From Raja brachyura (Eukaryota): a DNA stretch of 64,000 nucleotides. Below, piece by piece: positions 47,680 through 61,640 of this stretch. Location: NCBI GenBank assembly GCA_963514005.1, contig OY740782.1:150784001-150848000 (forward strand). Reading direction: 5' to 3'. A model generated the notes under the pieces. It saw only the letters and a list, made by a program, of their open reading frames with translations, did not search any database and was not told the origin of the DNA. The position numbers were made by a program, and so were the translations under genes. The stretch's first letter is position 1. Each line of letters begins with the position of its first letter.

Positions 47680-48350
47680 GTTGTAAAATCAGTATGGTTC
47701 TTGGTTCTTGGTTACTTGGTCCTCCAAAATATTCCAACTGGAATGTAAACTGGAGGTGGTGAAGGGAGGGGTTTAGCCAGAGAGGGTTATTGGGAAGAAA
47801 GTGCCACTTTAAATTTAGTTGCATCTGGCTGGGCAACCGTGGCTTGGTGGAGATTATTCCATGCTTTAATAGTGCGTGGAAAGAACGAATTGCTGTACAC
47901 ATCTGTCTTTGAGGCTGGGACCACAAATTGGATCGAATGCCCTCGTCTGCTCCTAATTGGTTTGGGGTTAGTGTAGGTCTTGTGATCTATGTCTAGCTGA
48001 CCATTTAACATTTTGTAAAAACAGGTCAAACGGTGAGCTTCACGTCTGTCTTGGAGAGGGTTCCACCCCGCCCAGAGAATTCAGAAGTTTGGTGACACTC
48101 GCTTCTCTCTCGTAGGTGTTAGTAACAAATCGAGCGGCCTGTCTGTGGACACGTTCGATGGATGAAATGTTTTTATCTGTGTATGGGTTCCAAGCTGCAA
48201 CTGCGTAGTCCAGATGAGGTCTAACGAGGGTGAAATACAGCTTCTCCTTGACAGAAGCTGAACAATGATGGAAGTTGCGCCTCAGGAAGTTTAGGACACC
48301 TGTTGCTTTCACTGTTGCATGATGAGTCTGACCATTCCAGCGTAGATCAT
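47680..48350 (-). mobile_element. Divergent CR1-group LINE 3' fragment
   Basis: LNFLRRNF..CS..VKEKLYFTLVRPHLDYA...QAARFV...NSFFPRTIKAWNNL. Confidence 0.8.
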
Positions 48351-48351
48351 T

Positions 48352-51300
48352 CTACAATTTGATGCCAAGATGCAATATGGGTAGAACTGTGAAATAGCCA
48401 AGGGCAGAAAACGCTTGTTGGAGTGGTGTACAGACCCCAAACAGCAGGATGGAGGTTGGGGATAGCATCAAGCAGGAAATTAGGGATGCGTGCAGCAAAG
48501 ATACAGCGGTTATCATGGGTGACTTTAATTTACCGATAGATTGGGCCAATCAAATTGGGAACAGCGCTGAAGAGGATTTCCAGGAATGTACACGGGATGG
48601 GTTTTTAAACCAATATGTAGAGGAACCGACTAGAGGGCAGGCTGGGTATTGTGTAACGAGGAAGGATTAGTTAGCGATCTTGTACAAAGCTCCTTGGACA
48701 ACCGTGACCATAATATGGTGGAATTCCACATTAGAATGGAGAGGGACACGGTTAAAGCTAGGGGGCGCCGTCCTGTATGGGTTTGGCTGCACAGCCTGCA
48801 GCTGTCTGTTTTTTCACCTCTTTTTTTATTGTTAGTGAGTTAAAGTGTTTTGTGTTGGAGGTTTTAGTCTTTTTTATGTGGGGGGGGGGGGGGAACTGCA
48901 TCTCTCAGTCCCTACCTGGTCGGGGGGTGGCTTTCCTCCGAGCAGCAACTTCGACCCGTCCTCGTGGCCTTCCACCGGGGTCTGGAGTGGCGTTTCCTGA
49001 GGGGACCGGCCAGAACCACGGCTTCGGCGGCAGCGAGAAGGGCCTGGAACATCGGGCCCAGTAGCGGCGACTGCAGAGGCCTCAATAGGCCTTACTATGG
49101 GTGAACATGGGGATGGGGACTGGACTTTGTGCCTTCCCTCACAGTGGGAACCATTGTGGGGGGATGTTTTTATGTTTAAATGTCTTTATTATTGTTATGT
49201 GTGTATTCTTTTTAATGTGCTGCAATGGCAACTTGAATTTCACGACAACAATTGGTGTCTGTGACAATTAATGAACCTTTGAACCTTTAATTCAGAGACC
49301 AGGCTCCTGAACTTGAGTAAAGAAGACTTTGAAGGTATGAGACGGGAACTGGCTCGGAGAGACGGGCACATTTTACTTAAAGGGTTGACAGTGGAGATGC
49401 AATGGTGAAGATTTAAAGACCGCTTAGATAAACTCCAGAAATTGTTAGAGTCACAGAGTCATCGTGTACTACAGTGTGGAAACAGGCCCTTCGGCCCAAC
49501 TTGCCCACATCGGCCAACAATGTCCCAGCTATACTAGTCCCACTTACCTGCGCTTGGTCAATATCCCTCCAATCCATGTCATATCAATGTACCTGTCTAA
49601 CTGTCTTTTAAACGATGGGATAGTCCCAGCCGTAACTACCTCCTTTGGCAGCTTGTTCCATACACCCACCACCTTTGGTGTGAAAACGTTACCTCTCGGA
49701 TTCCTGTTAAATCTTTTCCCCTTCACCTTGAACCTATGTCCTCTGGTCCTCGATTCCCTCACTCTGGGCAAGTCTCGGGGCATCTTCCCGACCTATTCCT
49801 CTCATGATTTTGTACACCTCTATAAGATCTCCCCTCATCATCCTCCTGCGCTCCATGGTGAAAGAATAAAACTGGGAAGGAGGCTTAACCGTGGCTGAGG
49901 AGGGAAGACAATGATAGTGTTAAAGCCAATGTAGAGGCATATAAATTGGCCAGAAGAAGCGGCAAATCAGGGGACTGGGAGAAATTTGGAACTCCAACAG
50001 AGGAGGACAAAGGGGTTAATTAAGAGGGGGGAAGAGCATGAAAGAAAGCTTGGGGGGAATATAAAAACTGGCTGTAAAAGTTTATTTAGGTATGGAAAAT
50101 GAAAAAGATTAGCAAAGACATATGTAGGTCCCTTACAGTCAGAGACAGGTGAATTTATAATGGGAAACAAAGGAATCGCAGAACAGTTAAATGAGTACTT
50201 TGATTCTGTCTTCACTAAGGAAGACACAAACAATCTCCCAGAAATACTAGGGGACCGAGGATCTAGTAGGAGGGAGGATCTGAAGGGAATCCACATTAGT
50301 CAGAAAATGGTGTTAGGTAAACTGTTGGGACTGAAGGCAGATAAATCCCCAGGGCCTGATGGTCTGCATCCTAGACACCACAAGAAGTTGACCCTAGGAT
50401 GCATTAGTCATCATTTTTCACTGTTCTCTCGACTCTGGATCAGCTCCTGTGGACTGGAGGGTAGCCAATGTAACTCCACTTTTTAAGAAAGGAGAGAGAA
50501 AACGGGGAATTATAGACCAGTTAGCCTTACATCGGTAGTGGGGAAGATGCTGGAGTCGAATATTAAAGATGTTATAGCAGCACATTTGGAAAGCAGTGAC
50601 GGGATCGGTCAAAGTCAGCAAGGGGAAACCATGCTTTACTAATATTTTGGAATGTTTTGAGGATGTAACAAGTAGAATGGATAAAGGAGAGGCAGTGGAT
50701 GTGGTGTATCTGGACTTGCAGAAAGCCTTTGACAAGGTCCCACAAAAGAGATTAGTGTGCAGAATTAGAGCACGTGGTATTGGGGGTAGAGTATTGACAG
50801 CCTGGTAGTACGGAAACTGCTAGAGTCAGTTATTAAAGATGGGATAGCAGCGCATTTGGAAAGTGGTGAAATCATTGGACAAAGTCAGCATGGATTTACG
50901 AAAAGTAAATCATGTCTGACAAATCTGATAGAATTTTTCGATGATCTAACTAGTAGAGTGGATAAGGGAGAACCAGTGGATGTGTTATATCTAGACTTTC
51001 AGAAGGCTTTCGACAAAGTCCCGCATAAGAGATTAGCATACAAACTTAAAGCACAGTATTGGAGGTTCAGTATTGATGTGGATAGAGAACTGGCTGGCAG
51101 ACAGGAGGCAAAGGGTAGGAGTAAACGGGTCCTTTTCAGAATGGCAGGCAGTGACTAGTGGGGTGCCGCAAGGCTCAGTGCTGGGACCCCAGCTATTTAC
51201 AATATATATTAATGATTTGGACGAGGGAATTCAATGCAACATCTCCAAATTTGCAGATGACACCAAGCTGGGGGGTATAGTTAGGTGTGAGGAGGATGCT

Positions 51301-52375
51301 TGGAGGCTGCAGGGTGATTTGGATAGGCTGAGTGAATGGGGGGATCTTATAGAAACTTACAAAATTCTTAAGGGGTTGGACAAGCTAGATGCTGGAAGAT
51401 TGTTCCCGATGTTGGGGGAGTCCAGAACAAGGCGTCACAGTCTAAGGATAAGGGGGAATTCCTTTAGGACCGAAATGAGGAAAACATTCTTTACACAGAG
51501 AGTGGTGAGTCTCTGGAATTCTCTGCCACAGAAGGTAGTTGAGGCCAGTTCATTGGCTATATTTAAGAGGGCGTTAGATGTGGTACTTGTGGCTAAAGGG
51601 ATCAGGGGGTATGGAGAGAAGGCAGGTACGGGATACTGAGTTGGATGATCAGCCATGATCACATTGAATGGCGGTGCAGGCTCAAAGGGCCGAATGGCCT
51701 ACTCCTGCACCTATTTTCTATGTTTCTATGCATGTACAGCAGGCAGTGAAGAAAGCTAATGGAATGTTGGCCTTCATAAAAAGAGGATTTCAGTATGGGA
51801 GTAGAGAGGTTCTTCTGCAGTTGTATAGGACTCTGGTGAGACCACATCTGGAGGATGAAGAACATCCTTGTGATTGAGGCAGTGCAGTGTAGGTTCACGA
51901 GATTGATCCCAGGGATGGCGGGACTGTCATATGAGGAAAGATTGAAAAATCTAGGCTTGTATTCACTGGAGTTTAGAAGGATGAGGGGCAATCTTATAGA
52001 AACATATAAAATTATAAAAGGACTGGACAAGCTAGATGCAGGAAAAATGTTCCCAATGTTGGGCGAGTCCAGAACCAGGGGCCACAGTCTTAGAAAAAGG
52101 GGAGGTAATTTAAGACTGAGGTGAGAAAAAACTCTTTCACCCAGAGAGCTGTGAATTTGTGGAATTCCCTGCCACAGAGGGCAGTGGAGGCCAAATCACT
52201 GAATGGATTTAAGAGGGAGTTAGATAGAGCTCTAGGGGCTAGTGGAATCAAGGGATATGGCAGGCACGGGTTATTGATTGGGGACGATCAGCCATGATCA
52301 CAATGAATGGCGGTGCTGGCTTGAAGGGCCGAAAGGCCCCATCCTGCACCTATTTTCTATGTTTCTATGTTTCTA
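48352..52375 (+). mobile_element. Stack of decayed CR1 copies with nested insertions (non-coding repeat about 48757-49290; minus-strand CR1 3' end about 49445-49870)
   Basis: EN motif IMGDFN, RT fragments, two 3' tails (about 51720 and 52365). Confidence 0.85.
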
Positions 52376-52965
52376 AAATCAATGATTCAATGATACTTTA
52401 TTGCCACATGCAGCTAGGTACAGTGAATTTCTCTATTTTTGCATATAATCTAGTAAAATCGTACAGCAGACCTCACCTAGGTAATGCACAAATAGTCGCC
52501 ATGTTTCTGGCACCGAGAAAGTTACAAAATGTCTATTGAACTGACATCGATGACAGGTCAGTCAAAAGTCAATTTCTTTGCACCGATAGAATCCGTCCTT
52601 GATTTAACCATTTAATCACACTAAGCATTATTGGTATGTCCGCTGGAGTCACTCCGCGGGCAATGACACCACTGGTAAATACATGGTTATCTCCATAAAC
52701 ATTGCTCGTTCCAATTCTACAAGGGCAGAGGGATGTACTGCTAATATACTGAGCAAAGCCCTCGCGACTGTTTTTCAGACAAATATTATAGGGGAGGGTA
52801 ACCCTTGACGTGACCCAATGACAGTTCACTAGACTCTCTCCCATGAAATGCACTGGGACAAATGCAGCGTTGGTTGGATGCGGAGACGAGATCCATCAAT
52901 ACGCTATAAAGCGCACAGAGCGTGTATTTAGTGTGGTGCTCCTGCTCATGTCCTAATCTGCACAC

Positions 52966-53200
52966 TGCCACACAGTTGCACTGATCCAGGTTCGATCCTT
53001 ACCTCGGGAGCTGTCTGTGTGGAGGTTGCGACCGCGTAGATTTCCTCCGGGAGCTCCGGTTTCCTACCACATCCCAAAGATATACGGGTCTGTAGGTGCA
53101 ATGGGCTGTGTATTATTGCCTTTTATATGTTCGATGTGGATGAGAAAGTGGGATAACAATAAACTAGTGTGAACGGCAGGTCGATGTTCGCCCATGGACT
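52966..53200 (+). mobile_element. V-SINE (HE1-like) remnant
   Basis: B-box GGTTCGATCC followed by V-domain-like GTCTGTGTGGAG...GCTCCGGTTTCCT.CCACATCCCAAAGA. Confidence 0.7.
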
Positions 53201-53204
53201 CGTG

Positions 53205-54203
53205 CAAAGAGTAGGAGTAAACGGGTCCTTTTCAGAATAGCAGGCAGTGACTAGTGGGGTACTGCAAGGCTCGGTGCTGGGACCCCAGCTATTTACAATA
53301 TATATTAATGATTTGGACGAGGGAATTGAATGCAACATCTCCAGGTTTGCGGATGACACGAAGCTGGGGGACAGTGTTAGCTGTGACGAGGATGCTGGGA
53401 GGCTGCAAGGTGACTTGGATAGGCTGGGTGAGTGGGAAAATGCATGGCAGATGCAGTATAATGTGGATAAATGTGAGGTTATCCACTTTGGTGGCAAAAA
53501 CAGGAAAGTAGACTATTATTTGAATGGAGGCCGATTAGGAAAAGGGAAGATGCAACGAGACCTGGGTGTCATGGTACAGCAGTCATTGAAAGTAGGCATG
53601 CAGGTGCAGCAGGCAGTGAAGAAAGCGAATGGTATGTTAGCTTTCATAGCAAAACTATTTGAGTACAGGAGCAGGGAGGTTTTACTGCAGTTGTACAGGG
53701 TCTTGGTGAGACCACACCTGGAGTATTGTGTACAGTTTTGGTCTCCAAATCTGAGGAAAGACTGGATAGACTCGGCTTGTACTCGCTAGAATTTAGAAGA
53801 TTGTGGGGGATCTTATAGAAACTTACAAAATTCTTAAGGGGTTGGACAGGCTAGATGCAGGAAGATTGTTCCCGATGTTGGGGAAGTCCAGGACAAGGGG
53901 TCACAGTTTAAGGATAAGGGGGAAATCTTTTAGGACCAAGATGAGAAAAACATTTTTCACACAGAGAGTGGTGAATCTGTGGAATTCTCTGCCACAGAAG
54001 GTAGTTGAGGCCAGTTCATTGCCTATATTTAAGAGCATTGGATGTGGCCCTTGTGGCTAAAGGAATCAGGAGGTATGGAGAGAAGGCATGTAAGGGATAC
54101 TCAGTTGGATGATCAGCCATGATCATATTGAATGGCGGTGCAGGCTCGAAGGGCCGAATGGCCTACTCCTGCACCTACTTTCTATAATTCTATGTTTCTA
54201 TGT
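53205..54203 (+). mobile_element. CR1 3' part
   Basis: RT FADD motif and tail. Confidence 0.88.
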
Positions 54204-54247
54204 TAGGCACAAGGGCCTGTATCCATGCGGCATCTCAAAAATTAACA

Positions 54248-57200
54248 TTAAAGGGGACAGGGTGAGGGGCAAGAGCCAGTGAAGGGAAGCACTCGGACCC
54301 AAAATGTAGGCGAGAAAGAGGAAAAAGATAATAAACAGAGAATAAGGGATGGTGGGTTTCTAAAATGTGTATATTTTAATGCTAGGAGCATTGTAAGAAA
54401 GTTGGATGAACTTAGAGCCTGGATTGACACCTGGAAATATGATGTTGTGGCAATCAGTGAAACATGGTTGCGAGAGGGTTGTGATTAGAAACTAAATATT
54501 CCAGGATTTCATTGCTTCAGGTGTGATAGAATTGGAGGGACCAGAGATGGAGGGGTTGCATTGCTTGTCAGAGAAGATATTACAGCAGTGCTTTGGCAGG
54601 ATAGATTAGAGGGTTCGTCTAGGGAGGCTATTTGGGTGGAACTGAGAAGTGGGAACGGTGTAGCAACACTTTTAGGGGTGTATTATAGACCGCCAAATGG
54701 GGAGCGAGAAATGGAAGAGATAATATGTAAGGAGATAGCAGATATTAGTAGTAAGCACAAGGTAGTGATTGTGGGAGATTTCAATTTTCCAAAAATAGAC
54801 TGGGAAACACATTCTGTAAATGGGCTGGATGGTTTGGAGTTTGTTAAATGTGTGCAGGATAGTTTTTTGCAGCAATACGTAGCGGTATCGACCAGAGAAG
54901 GGGCAGTGCTGGACCTCCTGTTAGGAAATGAGGGAGGTCAGGTGACGGAGGTATGCGTTGGTGAGCACTTTGGGACCAATGATCACAATACCATTAGTTT
55001 CAATATAATTATGGAGAGAGACAGAACTGGACCTAGGGTTGAGATATTTGATTGGAGAAAGGCTAACTTTAAGGGAATGCGTAATGATTTAAAAGGAGTG
55101 AATTGGGACATTTTGTTTGATGGGAAGGATGTAGAAGAGAAATGGAGAACATTTAAAGGGGAAATTGTAAGAGTACAGAATCTTTATGTTCCTGTTCGGT
55201 TGAAAGGAAATAGTAAAAATCGAAAAGAGCAATGGTTTTCAAGGGAAATTGGACGCTTGGTTCGAAAAAAGAGAGATATCTACAATAATTATAGGAGGCA
55301 TGGAGCAAATGAGGTGCTAGATGAGTTTCAAGAATGTAAAAAGAATCTTAAGAAATAAATAAGAAAAGCTAAAAGAAGATATGAGGTTGCTTTGGCAAGA
55401 AAGGTGAAAGTAAATCCAAAGGGTTTCTACAGCTATATTAATAGCAAAAGGATAACGAGGGATAAAATTGGACCATTAGAGAGCCAGAATGGACAGCTAT
55501 CTGCAGAGCCAAAAGAGATGGGGGAGATATTGAACAATTTATTTTCTTCGGTGTTCACCAAGGAGAAGGATATTGAGCTCTGTGAGGTAAGGGGAAAAAG
55601 TAGAGTAGTTATGGAAACTATGAGATTCAAAGAGGAGGAAGTACTGACACTTTTGAAAAATATAAAAGTGGATATGTCTCCAGGTCCTTACAGGATATTC
55701 CCTACGACATTGAGGGAAGTTAGTGTAGAAATAGCAGGGGCTATGACAGAAATATTTCAAATGTCATTAGAAACGGGAATAGTGCCGGAGGATTGGCGTA
55801 CTGCGCATGTTGTTCCATTGTTTAAAAAGGGTTCAAAGAATAAACCTAGCAATTATAGACCTGTTAGTTTGACATCAGTGGTGGGCAAATTAATGGAAAG
55901 GATACTTAGAGATAATATATATAAGCATCTGGATAAACAGGGTCTGATCAAGAACAGTCAACATGGATTTGTGCCTGGAAGGTCATGTTTGACAAACCTT
56001 CTTGAATTTTTTGAAGAGGTTACTATAGAAATTGATGAGGGTAAAGCAGTGGATGTTGTCTATATGGATTTCAGTAAGGCCTTTGACAAGGTTCCTCATG
56101 GAAGGTTGGTTAAGAAGGTTCAATCTTTGGGTGTAAATGGCGGAGTAGCAAGATGGATTCAACAGTGGCTGAATGGGAGATGCCAGAGAGTAATGGTGGA
56201 TGGCTGTTTGACAGGTTGGAAGCCGGTGACCAGTGGGGTGCCTCAGGCATCTGTGTTGGGTCCACTGTTGTTTGTCATGTATCTCAATGATCTAGATGAT
56301 GGGGGTGGAAAATTGGATAAGTAAGTATGCAGATGATACTAAGATAGGTGGTGCTGTGGATAATGAAGTAGATTTTCAAAGTCTACAGAGAGATTTGGGC
56401 CATTTGGAAGAGTGGGCTGAAAGATGGCAGATGGAGTTTAATGCTGATAAGTGTGAGGTGCTACATCTTGGCAGGACAAATCAAAATAGAACGTACATGG
56501 TAAATGGTAGGGAATTGAGGAATGCTGTGGAACAGAGGGATCTTGGAATAACTGTGCATAGTTCCCTGAAGGTGGAATAGCATGTAGATAGGGTGGTAAA
56601 GAAAGCTTTTGGTGTGCTGGCCTTTATAAATCAGAGCATTGAATATAGGAGTAGGGAAGTAATGTTAAAATTGTACAAGGCATTGGTAAGACCAGTTCTG
56701 GAGTATGGTGTACAATTTTGGTCGCCTAATTATAGGAAGGATGTCAACAAAATAGAGAGAGTACAGAGGAGGTTTACTAGAATGTTGCCTGGGTTCCAGC
56801 AACTAAGTTACAGGGAAAGGTTGAACAAGTTGGGTCTTTATTCTTTGGAGCACAGAAGGTTAAGGGAGGACTTGATTAAGGTCTTAAAAATAATGAAAGG
56901 GATAGACAGAGTTGACGTGGATAAACTTTTCCCATTGAGGGTAGGGAAGATTCAAACTAGAGGGCATGACATGAGAATTAAGGGACAGAAGTTTAGGGAT
57001 AATATGAGGGGGGACTTCTTTACTCAGAGAGTGGTGGCTGTGTGGAATGATCTTCCAGCAGAAGTGGTGGAGGCAGGATCGATTGTAACATTTAAAAGTA
57101 AAGTGGATAGGTATATGGACGGGAAGGGAACGGAGGGGAATTGTCTGAGTGCAGGTAGATGGGACTAGGGGAAAATAAATGGTCGGCACGGACTGGAAGG

Positions 57201-57255
57201 GCCGAGAAGGCCTGTTTCCATGTTGTAATTGTTATATGGTTACATGGTTATATGG
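54248..57255 (+). mobile_element. CR1 LINE with essentially full-length ORF2 (several stops and a frameshift); close relative of 43630-46365
   Basis: LKCVYFNARSI...ISETWL EN start through RT C-terminus; (TATATGGT)n-like tail. Confidence 0.93.
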
Positions 57256-57389
57256 TTAAATATATTCACAAGGATAGATACCTAAAGGGGCTATTTCCAT
57301 GATTTCTCATGAATGCTTCTCTTGCACTGCTCACTCTTCTACGCCCGAAAATATTCTCAGGTCATTGAAAATGTAGATCATGAAGATCG

Positions 57390-58750
57390 TGTTAAATCCA
57401 ATAAAGAGCCATAAAAATTGGCCAGAGGAAGCAGTAAACCGGAGGTCTGGGAGACATTTGGAATTCAACAGTGGAGGACAAAAGGTTTAATTGGGGGGGG
57501 AAATAGAGCGTGAAAGAAAGCTTGCGAAGAATTTAACAACTGACTGTAAACACTTTTTAAGATATGTGAAGAGGGAGAGATTAGTGAAGGCAAATATAGG
57601 TCTGTTACAGTCAGAAACAGGTGAATTTATAATGGGAAACATGAAATGGCAGACCAGTTAAACGAGTACTTTAGTTTTGTCTTCACTAAGGACGACACAA
57701 ACAATCTCCCGGAAAAACGAGGGGAGCGAGGATCTACTGGCAGGCCGTGACTAGTGGGGTGCCGCAAGGCTCGCTGCTGGGACCCCCGTTGTTTACAATA
57801 TATATTAACGATTTAGACGATGGAATTAAATGTAACAATAAGTTTGCGGGTGACACAATGCTGGGTGGCAGTGTGGGCTGCGAGGAAGATTCTATGAGGC
57901 TGCGGGGTGACTTGTATAGGTTGGTTGAGTGGGAAGAAGCAGGGCAGTGCTGTATAATGTGGATTCATGTCACGTTATCCACTTTGGTGGCAAAAACAAG
58001 AAGGCAGATTATTACCCGAATGGCGTCAGATTACGAGAAGTGGAGGTGCAACGAGACCTGGCTGTGCTTGTACATCAGTCACTGAAAGTGAGCATGCAGG
58101 TACAGCAGGCAGTGAGGAAAGCTAATGGCATGTTGGCCTTCATAGTGAGAGGATTTGAGTTTAGGAGGTTCTACTGCAGTTGTACAGAGCCCTGGTGAGA
58201 CTGCACCTGGAGTATTGTGTGCCATTTTGATCCCCTAATTTGAGAAGAACATTATTGCTATTGAGTGAGTGCAGCGTAGGTACAACGTGTTAATTCCCGG
58301 GATGATGGGACTGACGTATGATGAAAGACTGCATCGACTGGACTTGTATTCGCTGGAATTTAGTAGGATGAGAGGGGATCTTATAGAAACATATAAAATT
58401 ATTAGAGCATTGGACAGGGTAGATGCAAGCATGATGGTCCCGATGTTGGGGGAGTCCAAAACCAGGGTCACAGTTTAAGATTAAGGGATAGGCCATTTAG
58501 GACTGAGATGAAGAAAAAGATGAGGTGTGAATCTGTGGGATTCTCTGCCAGAGGAGGCAGTGGAGGCCAAGTCACTGGATGTTTTCAAGAGAAAGTTAGA
58601 TTTAGCTCTTAGCGCCAACGAATTCTAGGGATATGGGGAAAATGCTGGTACTGATTTTGGATGATCTGCAATGATCATATTGAATGGTGGTACTGGCTCG
58701 AAGGGCCGAATGGCCTACTCCTGCACCTAATTTCTAAGTTTCTATGTTTC
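57390..58750 (+). mobile_element. CR1, internally deleted and decayed
   Basis: RT fragments and tail. Confidence 0.85.
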
Positions 58751-60384
58751 TAACCTGTAATCTGAGATCGAACGGCCCACTCATGCAATTTATCTGTAGC
58801 CTTTTGTCTGCCCATGTAATATCAAATTCATTTTAATTCGGTAACATATCGATCATCTTCCCCATTTCTTCTACAAGACTATAGTCCATTAAATCAAAGT
58901 GGGGAAAACTAAATGAACTTTATTAACGCCTCACACTTCCCTCTAATTGTTTGTGTTTATGTGGCTCTGCAGAGATAGTCCTTATTATCATAAGAATGCG
59001 CATTGAATAAATGATAAAATTACTAATAGTGTAAGGAATGAATGCATTTAAGATTCTGCCGAATCAGAATACCCCCCCTCTTCCACATTTTCTGTGGCCG
59101 ACGACAAAACATTTCATTATGAATGATGGGCAAGAGCTCACCATGTAACTGAAAGGAAACACCTGTGTCGACCGTGCTGCTAAATTAATCAGGCACTTTC
59201 AATCTGCTGCTCAAACACTGAAAACTCTGATGGTGAATAACAACTAACAAAATAAAAAACTACCTAGCAACAGATCTCGCAAATTCCAGCTACCAATCTT
59301 ATTGGTTACATGCTGCATCATTTTGGTTAAACTGTCAGGAGTACACATTGTGATCATGTAAATCCCGGCTACTGTGTTTGATTGGGATTAGCTTTCACGT
59401 GTACAGTGGGATCAATGTCTCTTAGATTCTGTATGGAATCTGTTTAGAGATTATCTGACACAGAGTTATCAGGTAGTTCATATAGTGGGTATGATTGCTA
59501 GTCACGCACCACACAGATAGTGACCTGAGTAAAACAGAGTCAAATACCGAATGGATGCTCATTATCTTCCAGTTTAGCGAAGGCCAGAGGTGTCCACATT
59601 GTTTCCCTTTGCACACTGAAGCCGAGTACATGAAGTGAACGCTTCTGCGTGAAGGTCACTGGGTGATATAATGTAGGCGTGTGTGAAAATGTAAAACATA
59701 TCTGGGATGATCAGTGGGGTCTGGATTCCATGTACTTTAGCCAGAGCACACAGACGTTTTACAAATCGACCAATGCTGCGATCCATGTGTTCCCCGCGTA
59801 TTGTATATTTCACTTTGTTTCAGCAAATTAATGCACCGCAATGCAACAAAATCAATGATTCAATGATTCAATGATATTTGATTGCCACGTGCACCTAGGA
59901 ATAGTGACATTCTTTATGTTTGCATACAATCTAGTAAAATCCCACAGCAGACCTCACCTAAGCAGTGCACAAAGAGTCGCCATGTTTCTGCCGCCGTGAA
60001 AGTTACAAAATGTCTATCGAACAAACACCGATGATGACAGTTCAGTCAAGAGTCAATTTCTTTGCACCTATAGAATTCGTCCGTGAATTAACCATTTACC
60101 CATTTAACCTTAACTGTGATTAACCATTTAATCACAGCTAAGCATTATCAGTATATCCGCTGGAGTCACTCCGCGGGCAATGACACCACTGGTAAATACA
60201 TGGTGGTTATCTCCATAAACATTGTTCGTTCCAATTCTACAAGGGCAGAGGGATGTACTGCTAATATACTGAGCAAAGCCCTCGCGACTGTTTTTTCAAC
60301 AAATATTATAGGGGAGGGTAATCTTTGACGAGACCCAATGACAAAGTTCACTTGGCTCTTTCGCATGAAATACATAGGGACAGA

Positions 60385-61640
60385 CTAATCTTCTGGAATC
60401 TTTAGAGGATGTAACAAGTAGAATGGATAAGGAAGAGCCTTTAAGAAGGAACTGCAGATGCTGGAAAATCAAAGGTAGACAAAAGTGCTGGAGAAACTCA
60501 GCGGGTGCAGCAGCATCTAAGGAGCGAAGGGAATAGGCAACGTTTCGGGCCGAAACCCTTCTTCAGACTGAAGGGAGAGCCAGTGGATGTAGTGTATCCG
60601 GACTTTCAAAAAGGCCCCACATTAGTGTGCAGAATTGGAGCACATGGTATTGGTGGTAGGGTATTGACACGGATAGAGAACTGAAAGAAAGCAAAGAGTA
60701 GGAATTGACGGGTCCTTTACAGAATGGCAGGGAGGGAGTTGTGGGTTGCCACAAGGCAGTGCTGGAACCCCAGTTATTTACAATATATATTAACGAATTA
60801 GACGATGGGAATTGAATGTAACATCTCCAAGTTTACGGATGACGAAGATAGGTGGCAGAGTGAACTGAGAGGAAGATGCTATGAGCCTGCAGGGTGACTT
60901 GGATGGGTTGGGTGAGTGGGCAGATAGATGCATGGCAGATGCAGTATAATGTGGATAAATGTGAGGTTATCCACTTTGGAATCAAGATCACGAAGGCAGA
61001 TTATTATCTGAACGTTGTCAGATTAGGAAAAGGGGAGGTGAAACAGTACCTGGGTGTGCTTGTACATCAGTCACTGAAAGTAAGCATGCAGGTACAGCAG
61101 GCAGTGAAGAAAGCCAATGGCATGTTGGCCTTCATTGCGAGAGAATTTGAGATTAGGAACAAGGAGGTCCTACTGCAATTGTACAGAGCCCTAATGAGAC
61201 CACACCTGGAGTATTGTGTGCAGTTTTGGTCTCCTAAATTAAGGAAGGACATTCTTTTTATTGAGGGGGTGCAGCGTAGGTTCCCCAGGTTAATTCCCAT
61301 TGTTCCCATAAATGTTCCCTTTGTTTGGGGAGTCCAGAACCAGGGGTCAGAGTTTATGAATAGGGTGTAGGCTATTCATTACTGAGATGAAGAAAACCCT
61401 TTTCACCCAGAGAATTGTGAATCTGTGGACTTCTCTGCCACAGATGGCAGTGGAGGCCAATTCATTGGATGTTTTCAAGAGATTTAGCCCCGATGGCTAA
61501 CAGAATCAAGGGATATGGGGAAGAAGCAGGGATGGGGTACTGATTGTGGATGATCAGCCACGATCATGTTAAATGGCGGTGCTGACTCGAAAGGCCAAAT
61601 GCCCTAGTCCTGCACCTATTGTCTATGTTTCAATGTTTCT
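60385..61640 (+). mobile_element. CR1, decayed, with a Penelope-like insertion at about 60440-60570
   Basis: RT fragments; insertion flanked by AAGGAAGAGCC/AAGGGAGAGCC. Confidence 0.85.
60536..60570 (-). ncRNA. Putative minimal type I hammerhead ribozyme in a Penelope-like pLTR
   Basis: CUGAAGA-A-GGGUU-UC-GGCCC-GAAAC-GUU: conserved core, stem II, loopless stem III. Confidence 0.5.
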
